A DNA stretch of 64,000 nucleotides from Calditrichales bacterium (lineage in GTDB: Bacteria; Calditrichota; Calditrichia; Calditrichales; J004). Below the pieces are notes generated by a model, which was given only the letters and a program-made list of their open reading frames with translations, was not told the DNA's origin and searched no databases. Below are positions 20,229 through 30,407 of this stretch, in pieces. Position 1 is the stretch's first letter, and the number at the start of each line of letters is the position of its first letter. A program made the translations under genes and the position numbers. The stretch spans positions 3,963,818 to 4,027,817 of the forward strand of contig OZ254086.1 in the NCBI GenBank assembly GCA_965267575.1, given 5' to 3'.

Positions 20229-22510
20229 GTCTGCGTTTCAGCTTCGGCGGTATTTGGCGTTTTGGCCGGTTTGCTTTTTTCCGCCTGATCGGGATACTCA
20301 ATACGGTGCTGGAATACACCGTAGAGGATGGGCAGAAAAGCATCCGTAATCTGCTTTAATTCTTTAAAGGTAAGATCGCATTCATCCAGTTCGCCGTCGC
20401 GGTAGCGTTGATGCACAAGGCCTTCCACAAAAGCACGGATCTTGGAGGGACTCGGGTTCTTCAGCGAGCGCGTGGCAGCTTCGACGGAATCCGCCAGCAT
20501 CACTATGGCCGTTGCCTTGGATTGAGGCTTGGGTCCGGGATAGCGAAAATCCGATTCGTTTACATTGTCTTTATCGCCGGCCAGGGCCACAGCCTTATTA
20601 TAGAAAAAATACATCAGGCTGGTGCCGTGGTGTTCAGCAATAAAATCCTGAATACGCTGAGGCATGTTGTATTTTTCCGCCATATCCAGGCCTATCTTAA
20701 CGTGCGAGGCCAGAATCAACGCACTCATATTTGGCTTAAGCTTGCTGTGCCGGTTATTGGCATCCATCTGGTTTTCAATGAAATACTCGGGTTTGTCCAT
20801 TTTACCAATATCGTGATAATAGGCCCCCACGCGCGCCAGCAAAGAGTTTTCGCCGATTTCCTTTGCGGCCGATTCAGCAAGGTTACCGACCACCATACTG
20901 TGATGAAATGTCCCCGGCGCCCGTATGGAAAGCTTTTTCAAAAGCGGATGGTTCAAATCGGATAATTCAAGCAAACGGACATCCGTGGTAATATCAAAGC
21001 CGCGCTCGAAAATACCAATCAGCATATAGGTAATGAACGGCGCAAAAACAGCGTTGGGGAGAAGATTATAACCGAAAACGCGGACCATATTGGCCCAGGT
21101 ATCAAAACGCATAAAAGTAATGAGACCGATCAGCCAGAGATAGGCTATGCCAATGTACAAAATGGCCTGAAAAATCTGGTTGCGCGTACGGATTTCGTAT
21201 ACGGCAAAAATACTGACCATACCGCTCACGATCGTCATCAACGCGATGTCGTATCCCCCGCCCTGCACGCCGCCAAGAATCAGCGCATTGGCCACCGTAA
21301 CAACAAAGGCGATTCCGGGGTCAATCAAAATGGCCAGCAACATCGAGGTCAGCGTCGTCGGGATCATATAAATCGGCCAGTTAAGAGGACCGCTGATAAT
21401 AGAAGCCATGGCCATCTGTACCACAATAACAATCGTTATAAGCAATAACTTTTTATTGCTGTTAAAAATGAGCTTGCGAAAAGAATAAAGATACAATCCG
21501 ACGATAAAAAGTACGGCGCTGATCAGCATCAGTTTGCCGATTTGGGCGAAAGGCATCTGCCAGTTTCCTTCGCGGATGCTGCGTTCGCGACGCGCTTCTT
21601 CCAGCGAATACAGCTTCTGATAAATTTCCTCATCGATGCGCTCATTGGCATCCACAATGCGTTCGTTTTCAAAAACCATATCCTTGGTGCGGCTGACAGA
21701 GGCAATGGCGTCCTGCTCTGCCTTTTCCGTGGCCTGAATATCATAAACCAGTGTCGGCTGTACCGCTTGCTCCAGGTAGTTCCTAACTACCGGCAGCGCG
21801 TTGTCATCAATGAATTCGCCGGAACGGCTGAGCGCCTGCTCTACGACCGATGACTTACTTAACAGCGCTTCTCTGTTCATAGATTCCTCTATATCGTTCT
21901 TGATATAGGCAATTCTCTCACGCTGCAACTGGGCCGGAGCTGTGTCGGACACACCTTCCATTAACTGCGCTTTTATATCTTCAAAAACGCGGTGCAATTT
22001 TTGAACATCCGTAGGATCGGCAAACTCATTATAGAGCGTCAGCAGCGCCGCGCCAGGAAGCTCAACCGAATACTCTTTTTTCAGAGTTTCACGCAGGGAC
22101 TCAAAACGGGCAGGCTGAAGCACCGCGCCCTGCGTGTTATTACGTATTTTCTGGAACTCCGAGCGCAGAAAAAGAAAACTTTGCTCCAGCTTATTGCGTG
22201 TTTCCAGGGCAATGTTTTCACGGTAGTCAAAATAATGAGGAACCTTTGAAATGGCTTCTTTGCGATCTTTTTCCAGTTCCTGGTCTGTTTTAAGGATAAA
22301 AAAGGTAAACGGCGCAACAACCTTTTTGGTGGCGATACTGCCCACTTTAAGGTCGGTATAACGCGTCGTGCTTGTGCGAGCCAGCAATGCTAGTGTAGAA
22401 ACAAGAATAATAACGAAAAAGGCCGCCTTTGTAATTCTGTTGGCCAGCCTTACGTTATTAGAGTTTTCCAGGATATCTATAAAGTTATCCCAGAGATTTG
22501 AGATCTTCAT
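20225..22510 (-). CDS. 7-TM receptor with intracellular HD hydrolase domain (PgpH/YqfF-like HDIG phosphohydrolase)
   Basis: 761 aa. An N-terminal extracellular region and a 7-TM block are followed by an HD domain (HHSMVVGNLAE, AYYHDIGK). Confidence 0.85.
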   Translation of the reverse strand: MKISNLWDNFIDILENSNNVRLANRITKAAFFVIILVSTLALLARTSTTRYTDLKVGSIATKKVVAPFTFFILKTDQELEKDRKEAISKVPHYFDYRENIALETRNKLEQSFLFLRSEFQKIRNNTQGAVLQPARFESLRETLKKEYSVELPGAALLTLYNEFADPTDVQKLHRVFEDIKAQLMEGVSDTAPAQLQRERIAYIKNDIEESMNREALLSKSSVVEQALSRSGEFIDDNALPVVRNYLEQAVQPTLVYDIQATEKAEQDAIASVSRTKDMVFENERIVDANERIDEEIYQKLYSLEEARRERSIREGNWQMPFAQIGKLMLISAVLFIVGLYLYSFRKLIFNSNKKLLLITIVIVVQMAMASIISGPLNWPIYMIPTTLTSMLLAILIDPGIAFVVTVANALILGGVQGGGYDIALMTIVSGMVSIFAVYEIRTRNQIFQAILYIGIAYLWLIGLITFMRFDTWANMVRVFGYNLLPNAVFAPFITYMLIGIFERGFDITTDVRLLELSDLNHPLLKKLSIRAPGTFHHSMVVGNLAESAAKEIGENSLLARVGAYYHDIGKMDKPEYFIENQMDANNRHSKLKPNMSALILASHVKIGLDMAEKYNMPQRIQDFIAEHHGTSLMYFFYNKAVALAGDKDNVNESDFRYPGPKPQSKATAIVMLADSVEAATRSLKNPSPSKIRAFVEGLVHQRYRDGELDECDLTFKELKQITDAFLPILYGVFQHRIEYPDQAEKSKPAKTPNTAEAETQT

Positions 22511-22516
22511 AAAGTA

Positions 22517-23665
22517 TTACTTAAGAAATTCTTTTTGCAGTTCACGAAAAATAACCATGCGCTGCACTTCCGATGTGCCTTCGCCGATTTCCAGAAGTTT
22601 GGCATCACGCCAGTATCTTTCCACTTCATATTCCTGAATATAACCATAACCACCCAACAATTGAATAGCTTCTTTGGTTATCTCCATGCACATCTCGGAA
22701 GCATAAAGCTTAGCGTATGACGCTTCTTTTTTATAAGGCTTTCCGTCAGCGCGCAGTTTGGCCGCGTGATAAATCAAATGCTCTGCTGCCGCAATCTTCA
22801 TGCCCATATCAGCAATCTTAAATTGTGTGATCTGGAAATCTGCCAGCTTTTTGCCGAACTGCTCACGCTCATGTACATATTTTATTGATTTGTCATAAGC
22901 AGCTTTGGCGATACCGAGCGCCTGGGCGCCAATTCCTACACGACCACCGTCCAGCGTGTTCAGAAACTGCTTGTAGCCCATGTTCAATTCACCAAGCAGG
23001 TTTTCTTCGGGAATACGGCAATCATGAAAATGAAGCATCGATGTAGGCGAAGCACGCATACCCAGTTTTTTTTCTCTTTTACCAACCTCGAAGCCTTCTG
23101 TGCCGCACTCAAGGATGAAGCTCGAAATACCGGAAGCTCCTTTGTTCTTGTCGGTAACCGCCGTAACTACAAAAATGTCGGCGTATTCAGCATTGGTGAT
23201 ATAGACTTTTGAGCCATTTAAGACCCAGTGTTTTCCATCTTTCACAGCCGTAGTTTTTGTGCCGCTGGCATCGCTGCCGGCAGACGGCTCCGTTAATCCG
23301 AAAGCACCCAGCTTTTCGCCTTTGGCTAAGGGCACCAGGTATTTCTGTTTTTGCTCTTCCGTGCCAAACATTTCAATCGGGTAAGACGCCAGCGAAATGT
23401 GCGCCGAGTAAGACAATGCCGTTGCAGCACATACACGTGCCATCTCCTCCTGCGCGATCGTATAGGAAATAGCGTCAAAACCGGCTCCGCCGTATTCTTC
23501 ACTGATGGGCAAGCCTAATAAATGAAGCTCGGCCATCTTTTTAAAGTTTTCTTCCGGAAAACGGTGCGTTTCATCTATCTCAACCGCTATCGGCGCCATC
23601 TCTTTACGTGCAAAATCTCGCACCATCTGGCGCACCATTTTATGTTCCTCGTTAAAAACAATCAT
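22517..23665 (-). CDS. Acyl-CoA dehydrogenase (short/branched-chain type)
   Basis: 382 aa with GLTEPSAGSDA, YITNAEYADIF and the C-terminal IGEGTSEVQRMVI. Confidence 0.9.
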   Translation of the reverse strand: MIVFNEEHKMVRQMVRDFARKEMAPIAVEIDETHRFPEENFKKMAELHLLGLPISEEYGGAGFDAISYTIAQEEMARVCAATALSYSAHISLASYPIEMFGTEEQKQKYLVPLAKGEKLGAFGLTEPSAGSDASGTKTTAVKDGKHWVLNGSKVYITNAEYADIFVVTAVTDKNKGASGISSFILECGTEGFEVGKREKKLGMRASPTSMLHFHDCRIPEENLLGELNMGYKQFLNTLDGGRVGIGAQALGIAKAAYDKSIKYVHEREQFGKKLADFQITQFKIADMGMKIAAAEHLIYHAAKLRADGKPYKKEASYAKLYASEMCMEITKEAIQLLGGYGYIQEYEVERYWRDAKLLEIGEGTSEVQRMVIFRELQKEFLK

Positions 23666-23773
23666 TTATCTTCTCCATAAGCTTTTAAGCCCCAAACATA
23701 AACAGGGCGCGAGAACACTTTTGTGAATTATGTAGCAATATTAACCTTTTAGAAAAGTAAATATTCCAAACGA

Positions 23774-24160
23774 TTACTCTTCCCTGACATAACCGATCGG
23801 AGCGGATTCAATTGATTTTATCCGGTTAGACTCATCGAGGAGAACGGCTTTTGGCAAGTGCTCTTCAAATTCTTCTTTCGTCATATTGCAATAGGTAATA
23901 ATAATCACTTTGTCACCGACCTGTCCAAGGCGCGCCGCCGCACCGTTAAGGCAGATTTCGCCACTGCCGGGCTTGCCCAGAATGGCGTAAGTAGTAAAAC
24001 GCGCGCCATTGTTAATGTTGACCACATCCACCCTTTCAAACGGCAGAATATCCGCGGCCTGCATCAATTCAGGATCGATAGATAAGCTGCCCTCATACTC
24101 AAGGTTGGCGTCTGTAACGGTCGCCCGGTGCAACTTGGATTTTAAAAAAGATCTTTCCAT
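23774..24160 (-). CDS. panD: Aspartate 1-decarboxylase
   Basis: 128 aa. [24 protein letters not shown] contains the Gly-Ser self-processing site. Confidence 0.93.
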   Translation of the reverse strand: MERSFLKSKLHRATVTDANLEYEGSLSIDPELMQAADILPFERVDVVNINNGARFTTYAILGKPGSGEICLNGAAARLGQVGDKVIIITYCNMTKEEFEEHLPKAVLLDESNRIKSIESAPIGYVREE

Positions 24161-24239
24161 TTTTTCTATGCCCTCTTCCTGTCCGATGATATTCGAACAG
24201 CACTAAAGATACTAAAGAATTTATTCTTTTTCATATAGT

Positions 24240-25544
24240 CTATAACACAACTTCACCAATCAAAGTATTGGGCGTAACTTCGTTCACCTTAACCTTGACG
24301 AAGCTGCCGTCAGACTTCCCGCTATCGGGAAAAACGACAATTTTGTTGCCATCATTCCGGCCCAGTTGCTGGCCGGGTTTCTTGCCTTTGCCATCGATCA
24401 GAACGTCGAATATCTCTCCGATATGCTGCTTATTTTTGCGCAACGAATGTTTCCTCTGTAAGTCAACCAGATGAGTAATGCGCGCTGTCTTCTCTGCCTC
24501 AGGTACGTCATCCGGAAATTTGCGCGAAGCAATGGTTTGCTTTCTTTCCGAGTATTTGAAAATAAAGGCCGAATCAAAGCATACTTCATTCATCACTTCC
24601 ACGGTTTCCCGGAAATCTTCTTTACTCTCGCCGGGAAAGCCAACAATGATATCAGTTGTTAAAACCACACCGGGGATAATTGTTCGAATTTTCCCGGCCA
24701 GGCTCAGGAATTCTTCACGGGTGTACGTGCGATTCATTTTATCCAGGATACGTGTGCTGCCGGCCTGTAGTGGTAGATGCACGTGTTTGCAGGCTTTTGG
24801 GTTCTCCGCCATGACATGCAACAGTTTTTCGGGAAAATCTTTGGGGTGCGGCGAAGTAAAGCGAATACGCTCGATGCCATCAACGCCGGCGACCATTTTG
24901 ATCAGGTCGGCAAAATCATACGCGTCGTATAAATAGGAGTTGACATTTTGCCCGAGCAGCGTCACCTGTTTAAAGCCCTTTTTGGCCAGTTGCTGCACCT
25001 CCTGCACCACATTCAACGGGTCACGGCTGCGTTCGCGGCCGCGCGTGTAGGGAACCACGCAAAAGGTGCAGAAATTATCGCAGCCCCGCATAACGGCAAT
25101 CCAGGCATTAATGCCCCCTTCACGGGTGGGAAAAACATCACTATAGGTTTCGAATTCGGAGAGTGTCAGATAGAAATCTTTTTCCCCGTTTGAGCTGACA
25201 TTGGCCAGCATCTCCGGCAGCTTTTTGTAGCTGTCCGGACCCGCGACAATATCAACGCCGACTTTTTCATCCAGCAGCTCTTTGCGCAGGTTTTGGGCCA
25301 TACAGCCCAGCACACCCATTACCAGGTTTTTGTTTGTGCGCCGCAGCTGCTTTAACGTGCTGATGCGCTGATGCACCTTCTGGTGGGCATTTTCGCGCAC
25401 GGAGCAGGTATTCAAGAAAATAACCTGCGCCTCTTCCGGCTGCTCGGCAATGTCGTAACTATTTCTTTTTAGGATGGTTTTGACAATCTCGGTGTCGTAC
25501 TCATTCATCTGACAACCGTATGTCTCTATATAAACCTTTTTCAA
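24240..25544 (-). CDS. miaB: tRNA-2-methylthio-N6-dimethylallyladenosine synthase (radical SAM methylthiotransferase)
   Basis: 434 aa. It has the N-terminal MTTase block YIETYGCQMNEYD, a radical SAM motif CDNFCTFCVVP and a C-terminal TRAM-like domain. Confidence 0.9.
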   Translation of the reverse strand: MKKVYIETYGCQMNEYDTEIVKTILKRNSYDIAEQPEEAQVIFLNTCSVRENAHQKVHQRISTLKQLRRTNKNLVMGVLGCMAQNLRKELLDEKVGVDIVAGPDSYKKLPEMLANVSSNGEKDFYLTLSEFETYSDVFPTREGGINAWIAVMRGCDNFCTFCVVPYTRGRERSRDPLNVVQEVQQLAKKGFKQVTLLGQNVNSYLYDAYDFADLIKMVAGVDGIERIRFTSPHPKDFPEKLLHVMAENPKACKHVHLPLQAGSTRILDKMNRTYTREEFLSLAGKIRTIIPGVVLTTDIIVGFPGESKEDFRETVEVMNEVCFDSAFIFKYSERKQTIASRKFPDDVPEAEKTARITHLVDLQRKHSLRKNKQHIGEIFDVLIDGKGKKPGQQLGRNDGNKIVVFPDSGKSDGSFVKVKVNEVTPNTLIGEVVL

Positions 25545-26827
25545 ACCAATTCTCCTGCAATTTTATCGCTGTCCGCCCATTTTAATAAAACGGGTCTGAT
25601 TGTATTCTGCAGCGGTTCAGCCGAATTGACGGCCACGCGGATATAGTTGCCTGTAAGACCAAACCACATATCGCCCTTTTGCTCTTCAAACAACACATCG
25701 TGAACGCTGCCAACCTGGCTGTTGTAGAACACCTCTTTTTTGCGGCGGCCCAAATCGACCATATGGCGGTAGCGCACCTTTTGTTCTGCCGCAGACACCT
25801 TGGGCGTCATTTTATAAGAGCTGGTGCCCTTTCGGTCCGAATAGGTAAAAACGTGATAGAACGAAACCGGCAAATCGGCAAGGAGCAGCTTGGAGTTTTC
25901 AAACTCGCGCTGTCCCTCTCCGGGATAACCCACCATAATATCTGTACCCAACCCGATATCGGGTATTTTTTCAACCGCATATTCGATAATCTCACGGAAC
26001 TCTGCCGCACCGTGTTTGCGGCGCATCGAATCCAGGATACGATCATCGCCGCTTTGCAGCGGAATGTGCAGGTAGGGGCAGACTTTTGAAGACTGCGCCA
26101 TAAAATCGATCGTATCTTTGCCAATGGTAGTGGGCTCTATCGAGCTGATACGGATGCGCTCGACGCCATTTATGCGTTCAAGCCCCTCAAGCACGTCAAG
26201 AAACGTATAGCTCTCATTGGCATAAGTGCCGATATTCACGCCTGTCAGCACGATCTCCTTATGGCCCATATCCACCAGCTTATGCGCCTCATCGATGATG
26301 TCTTCAAACCTGCGGCTGCGTGCCGGACCGCGCGCTTTGGCGATGATGCAAAAGGAACAGACAAAGTTGCAGCCATCCTGAATCTTCAGATTGGCACGGG
26401 TATTATTGTCAAATAGCCCGACGGATTCTATTGTAAAAGCATCCCGCGAGATTTTCGGCGAATGGATGACACGCGGTTCAGACATCTTGTCCAGATGATC
26501 AACGTATTGTGCCAGGTTCATTTTGTGCTCATTACCAACGATCAGATCCACCCCGTCGATTGCTCTCAACGTGTTTACAGCCATTTGGGCATAGCAGCCG
26601 ATAACCGCCACAAACGTATCGGGATTGGAGCGCACGCTTTTGCGCACGGCCTTGCGGCACTTGGCGTCGGCCTGCTCCGTTACCGTACAGGTATTCACCA
26701 CGGTCAGGTCTGCCGCCTCGCCAAAGTCGACAATCTCAAAGCCTTTATTTTTTAGTTGCTGCGCTATGATGGCTGTTTCCGCCTGGTTAAGACGACAGCC
26801 CAGCGTATGTAATGCTGCTTTTGGCAT
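25541..26827 (-). CDS. mtaB: MtaB-like tRNA threonylcarbamoyladenosine methylthiotransferase (radical SAM MTTase paralog)
   Basis: 428 aa with LGCRLNQAET, GCNFVCSFCII and a TRAM-like C-terminus. It overlaps miaB by 4 nt. Confidence 0.8.
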   Translation of the reverse strand: MPKAALHTLGCRLNQAETAIIAQQLKNKGFEIVDFGEAADLTVVNTCTVTEQADAKCRKAVRKSVRSNPDTFVAVIGCYAQMAVNTLRAIDGVDLIVGNEHKMNLAQYVDHLDKMSEPRVIHSPKISRDAFTIESVGLFDNNTRANLKIQDGCNFVCSFCIIAKARGPARSRRFEDIIDEAHKLVDMGHKEIVLTGVNIGTYANESYTFLDVLEGLERINGVERIRISSIEPTTIGKDTIDFMAQSSKVCPYLHIPLQSGDDRILDSMRRKHGAAEFREIIEYAVEKIPDIGLGTDIMVGYPGEGQREFENSKLLLADLPVSFYHVFTYSDRKGTSSYKMTPKVSAAEQKVRYRHMVDLGRRKKEVFYNSQVGSVHDVLFEEQKGDMWFGLTGNYIRVAVNSAEPLQNTIRPVLLKWADSDKIAGELV

Positions 26828-26913
26828 AATTTCTTAATTTTAAAAAGCTTTTAATTTATAAAGAAAACTGCGTATTTGCTATATTTCCGGGTCAGCCGAG
26901 AACAAACAACCGA

Positions 26914-28248
26914 ATGCTGCTCAATAAAACACACTTAAAACGGACAATAGTCCTGGCTTTGCCCATCGTTATCGGACAGATTGGCCAGCTCATGCTTGGC
27001 GTTGTCGATAACATTATGATTGGCCAGGTAGGCGCCATTCCCCTTGCTGCCGCGTCACTCTCCAACGCCCTGTTTAACCAGCTGATGGTTTTTGGCCTGG
27101 GTGTCACTTTTGCTCTTTCCCCGCTTGTCGCAGCTTCATGGGAAGCCGGCGCCGAAGACGACGTGCGCGCCCTGCAGGAAAACAGCATGCTGATAAACCT
27201 GGTACTGGCCTCCCTGCTGATGGCTTTGATCTTTATTCTCAAAAATATACTGCCCCACCTTGACCAGGACCCGGCTGTTGTTGTTTTGGCCGATCCTTAT
27301 TTGACGATTTTGGCCTTTTCACTTATTCCCTTCCTTGTTTTTCAGACCCAACGCCAATTCTGCGACGGCCTTTCCTACACGCGGGCGGCCATGTACATCA
27401 TGATACTGGCCAACCTGGTCAATGTCTTTTTTAACTGGCTGCTCATCTACGGCAACTGGGGCTTTCCGCGGATGGAGCTGAACGGCGCCGGAGTATCAAC
27501 ATTGCTGACCCGCATTTTCGCCGCGGCGGCAATGATGGCGTACGTTCGTTACAGCAGTCGTTTACGCAGATTCAATATTCGCTTCATCGGCTTTTCCTGG
27601 CATAAACAAACGGCATCACGGCTTCTCAAAATCGGCATTCCAACCGGCTCGCAGTACTTTTTTGAAGTCGGTGCCTTTAGCGGCGTTGCCATCATTGTAG
27701 GCTGGCTGGGCGCAGAAGCCCTGGCAGCGCATCAGATTGCCTTAAACCTGGCATCCATATCATTCATGTTTGCCTTCGGTATCTCCTCAGCGGCGGCCAT
27801 TCGCGTAGGATCGGAAAGCGGCAAAGGCAGCAACGGCGACGTACGTGGCGCGGGTTTCAACGCCATTTATATTGGCGGTGCCATCATGCTTATCAACGGG
27901 TTGATTTTTATTTTCCTGCGCTATGAACTGGTGAGCCTTTATATCGATAACCGGCAGGTACAGGAACTGGCAGCCATGCTCTTGATCATCGCCGCCATGT
28001 TCCAGGTATTTGATGGTGTTCAGGCCGTAGCCGTAGGCGTGTTAAGAGGCCTTAGTGATGTGAAAGTACCCACCTTGCTCAATTTTATTGCCTACTGGCT
28101 GCTAAGCATCCCCATCGGCTATTTTTTTGCCTTTGGCCTTGGCCTTGGCCTGAGCGGCGTCTGGTACGGATTTGTTACCGGACTGGGCTCAGCCGCCATT
28201 ATGCTGACAATGCGTTTTCACTTAAAAAGCAAAGCGGGTACGTCTTAA
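26914..28248 (+). CDS. MATE family efflux transporter
   Basis: 444 aa with 12 predicted TM segments. The N-terminal ALPIVIGQIGQLMLGVVDNIMIG is typical of NorM/DinF-type MATE proteins. Confidence 0.88.
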   Translation: MLLNKTHLKRTIVLALPIVIGQIGQLMLGVVDNIMIGQVGAIPLAAASLSNALFNQLMVFGLGVTFALSPLVAASWEAGAEDDVRALQENSMLINLVLASLLMALIFILKNILPHLDQDPAVVVLADPYLTILAFSLIPFLVFQTQRQFCDGLSYTRAAMYIMILANLVNVFFNWLLIYGNWGFPRMELNGAGVSTLLTRIFAAAAMMAYVRYSSRLRRFNIRFIGFSWHKQTASRLLKIGIPTGSQYFFEVGAFSGVAIIVGWLGAEALAAHQIALNLASISFMFAFGISSAAAIRVGSESGKGSNGDVRGAGFNAIYIGGAIMLINGLIFIFLRYELVSLYIDNRQVQELAAMLLIIAAMFQVFDGVQAVAVGVLRGLSDVKVPTLLNFIAYWLLSIPIGYFFAFGLGLGLSGVWYGFVTGLGSAAIMLTMRFHLKSKAGTS

Positions 28249-29405
28249 TCTTTCAATAGCAGCTTGGCAATCGTCTGCAACTGCATATTGGAAGTGCCTT
28301 CGTAGATTGTTCCGATCTTGGCGTCGCGATAAAACTTTTCCACCGGGTATTCTTTTGTGAATCCGTAACCGCCATGCAGGTCAATCATCAGTGAGCACAC
28401 TTCCTGCGCCGCCTGCGAGCCGTACAACTTGGCCATGGCCGCTTCTTTCAGGAATGGCCTGTTTTCGTCCTTCAGGCGCGCGGCGTTATAAACCAGCAAA
28501 CGCGCTGCCTCAATCTTTGTCGCGGCATCCGCTATCTGGAATTGAACACCCTGAAAAGATGCAACCGGTTTACCGAACTGCTCGCGTTCCTTGATGTATT
28601 TCAGCGTGGCATCGAATGAACCCTGGGCAATACCGATCATCTGTGCGCCAATACCGATGCGACCTTCATTCAATGTCTCAATGGCGGCTTTATAGCCTTT
28701 GCCAACTTCGCCAAGCACATTTTCTTTGGGCACTTTGCAACCTTCAAAGATCAGCTCGCAGGTTGATGAGGCGCGGATGCCAAGCTTGTCCTCTTTCTTG
28801 CCGACCTTAAACCCTTCAAAGCTTTTTTCCACTATAAACGCCGTAATGCCTTTGTAGCCCTTTTCCGGATCGATGTTAGCAAAAACGATAAAAATCTCTG
28901 CTTCCGCCGCGTTGGTAATCCAAAGTTTTTGCCCATTCAGCTCAAAGTGGTCTCCCCTGTCAAAAGCGCGGCACTGCAATCCAAACGCGTCACTGCCGGA
29001 TGCCGCTTCAGAGAGCGCATACGAGCCGATTTTTTCCGTGGTAAGCTGTGGCAGGTATTTCTCTTTCAGAGCGTCACTGCCCCAATTCATAAAAGCGTTA
29101 TTAACCAGTGTGTTTTGCACGTCCACCATAACAGCCGCCGAACCGTCCACGCTGGCCAGCGCTTCAATGGCCAAAACAGACATAAAAAAATTGGACCCGG
29201 CGCCATTATATTTTTCGGGTACGTGAATGCCCATCAGACCCATCTCAAAAAATAGCTTCGGCAGTTCGGGACGGATCATAGCCTCTTTATCCATTTCAAT
29301 GAGGTAAGGTTTGATTTTTTCGTCAGCAAGCTCTTTGACGGTATCATAAAAAAAACGCTCATCTTCGCTTAAATGCGTTAAAGAGCGTGCAACAGACTCA
29401 CTCAT
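28245..29405 (-). CDS. Acyl-CoA dehydrogenase
   Basis: 386 aa with ALSEAASGSDA, WITNAAEAEIF and YEGTSNMQLQTI. Confidence 0.9.
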   Translation of the reverse strand: MSESVARSLTHLSEDERFFYDTVKELADEKIKPYLIEMDKEAMIRPELPKLFFEMGLMGIHVPEKYNGAGSNFFMSVLAIEALASVDGSAAVMVDVQNTLVNNAFMNWGSDALKEKYLPQLTTEKIGSYALSEAASGSDAFGLQCRAFDRGDHFELNGQKLWITNAAEAEIFIVFANIDPEKGYKGITAFIVEKSFEGFKVGKKEDKLGIRASSTCELIFEGCKVPKENVLGEVGKGYKAAIETLNEGRIGIGAQMIGIAQGSFDATLKYIKEREQFGKPVASFQGVQFQIADAATKIEAARLLVYNAARLKDENRPFLKEAAMAKLYGSQAAQEVCSLMIDLHGGYGFTKEYPVEKFYRDAKIGTIYEGTSNMQLQTIAKLLLKD

Positions 29406-29511
29406 AACAATTTCCTTGATTAAAAATGGCAGGTTTTTCTTAACGGCGGGAATATAAAAATAGCCCGTTTTTTAAGCAACCGGGCAAAGGTTAACCCGGC
29501 GGGCAATCCAA

Positions 29512-30063
29512 CTACAATTCTTTAACCAGCTTCCAGTCGAATTTGCCGTTACCGACGTAGCTGTAGGAGACGGAATCCATGATCTTTGTAACAATCGACA
29601 TGCCCAGGCCATTGTCACTCAGTTTGTCGAAAGCATCAATATTTTCCAGAAGATCGGGCTCGTCTTTCTCTTCAAATTCAAACGCTATGGAAAAGGGGTC
29701 AAGCACTTTATACAGCACTGTCCCGTCAATTACGTCGCGCAATTTGTATGACTTACCGATGCACTCTTTGGGATAAGGAGGGTAATGGCCATCCGCTTTA
29801 AAACCGGGACCGTAATCATAAATCGATATGGAGAAATACTTCATCCCTATCTCAAACTGAAAGCGGACAACCTCGTTTTCATCTGCTGTTTTGGTGTGCT
29901 CAACAATATTTATAAACACCTCGTTCATGACGGCACGCAGCTTTTGAGCAAACACGTCGCCCGAGTTAGGGTTGAGGTAGCCCGAAACAATCTCGACAAA
30001 ATCTTCTACGAGACGGGTATACTCAAGCCGGCACGGCACATGAAAACGAATAATATCCTGCAT
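29512..30063 (-). CDS. GHKL-type ATP-binding protein, anti-sigma-factor serine kinase-like (RsbW/SpoIIAB family)
   Basis: 183 aa. It has an N-box-like MNEVFINIVEHT, a G1-like IYDYGPGF and a G2-like DNGLGMSIV. No STAS or PP2C partner gene lies nearby. Confidence 0.6.
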   Translation of the reverse strand: MQDIIRFHVPCRLEYTRLVEDFVEIVSGYLNPNSGDVFAQKLRAVMNEVFINIVEHTKTADENEVVRFQFEIGMKYFSISIYDYGPGFKADGHYPPYPKECIGKSYKLRDVIDGTVLYKVLDPFSIAFEFEEKDEPDLLENIDAFDKLSDNGLGMSIVTKIMDSVSYSYVGNGKFDWKLVKEL

Positions 30064-30176
30064 GATCGGTTCCTGTGTTTCAGAGAGGCTTAAATCTAAC
30101 CTTAAATTCGTCCTGATAAAACAAAACTAAATTTTCATATTTAATTATCGTTACCCTTTGTCAATTATATTGATAA

Positions 30177-30407
30177 TTATTGCTCCTGGTTAGAATCCGC
30201 TCCTTTACTACCGGTTTTGTCTTCGGTGGCCTTTTTTTTCGGCTTCCAACCCAGCACCAGGCCAACCGCAATACCATATCCTGTCGAAATATAAGGATTC
30301 GATGAAATCATGCACTGGCCGTTATAGCAGCCGATAAAATAGTAATAGGCGTAACCTGCTACCGCACCGGCCAGGCCAAATAGTATCACCTTAATATAGT
30401 TGGGCAT
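30177..30407 (-). CDS. Small two-TM membrane protein with a GCxxGxC motif (DUF6132-like)
   Basis: 76 aa reading ILFGLAGAVAGYAYYYFIGCYNGQCMISSNPYISTGYGIAVGLVLGW, then a lysine-rich tail. It forms a TAATG stop-start overlap with the upstream rhodanese-like gene, and AAGGAG sits 7 nt upstream of the ATG. Confidence 0.55.
   Translation of the reverse strand: MPNYIKVILFGLAGAVAGYAYYYFIGCYNGQCMISSNPYISTGYGIAVGLVLGWKPKKKATEDKTGSKGADSNQEQ

Noticed and set aside
24240-26827. Tandem radical-SAM methylthiotransferases, considered as a possible duplication or novel pair
   Set aside because: The N-terminal and TRAM features fit the ordinary MiaB and MtaB paralogs, which act on different tRNA modifications. 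The 4-nt overlap just indicates co-expression.
28245-28248. Convergent MATE and acyl-CoA dehydrogenase genes share a 4-nt TTAA stop-stop overlap with no terminator space
   Set aside because: This is real in the sequence but a common compaction feature. There is no evidence of a regulatory role.
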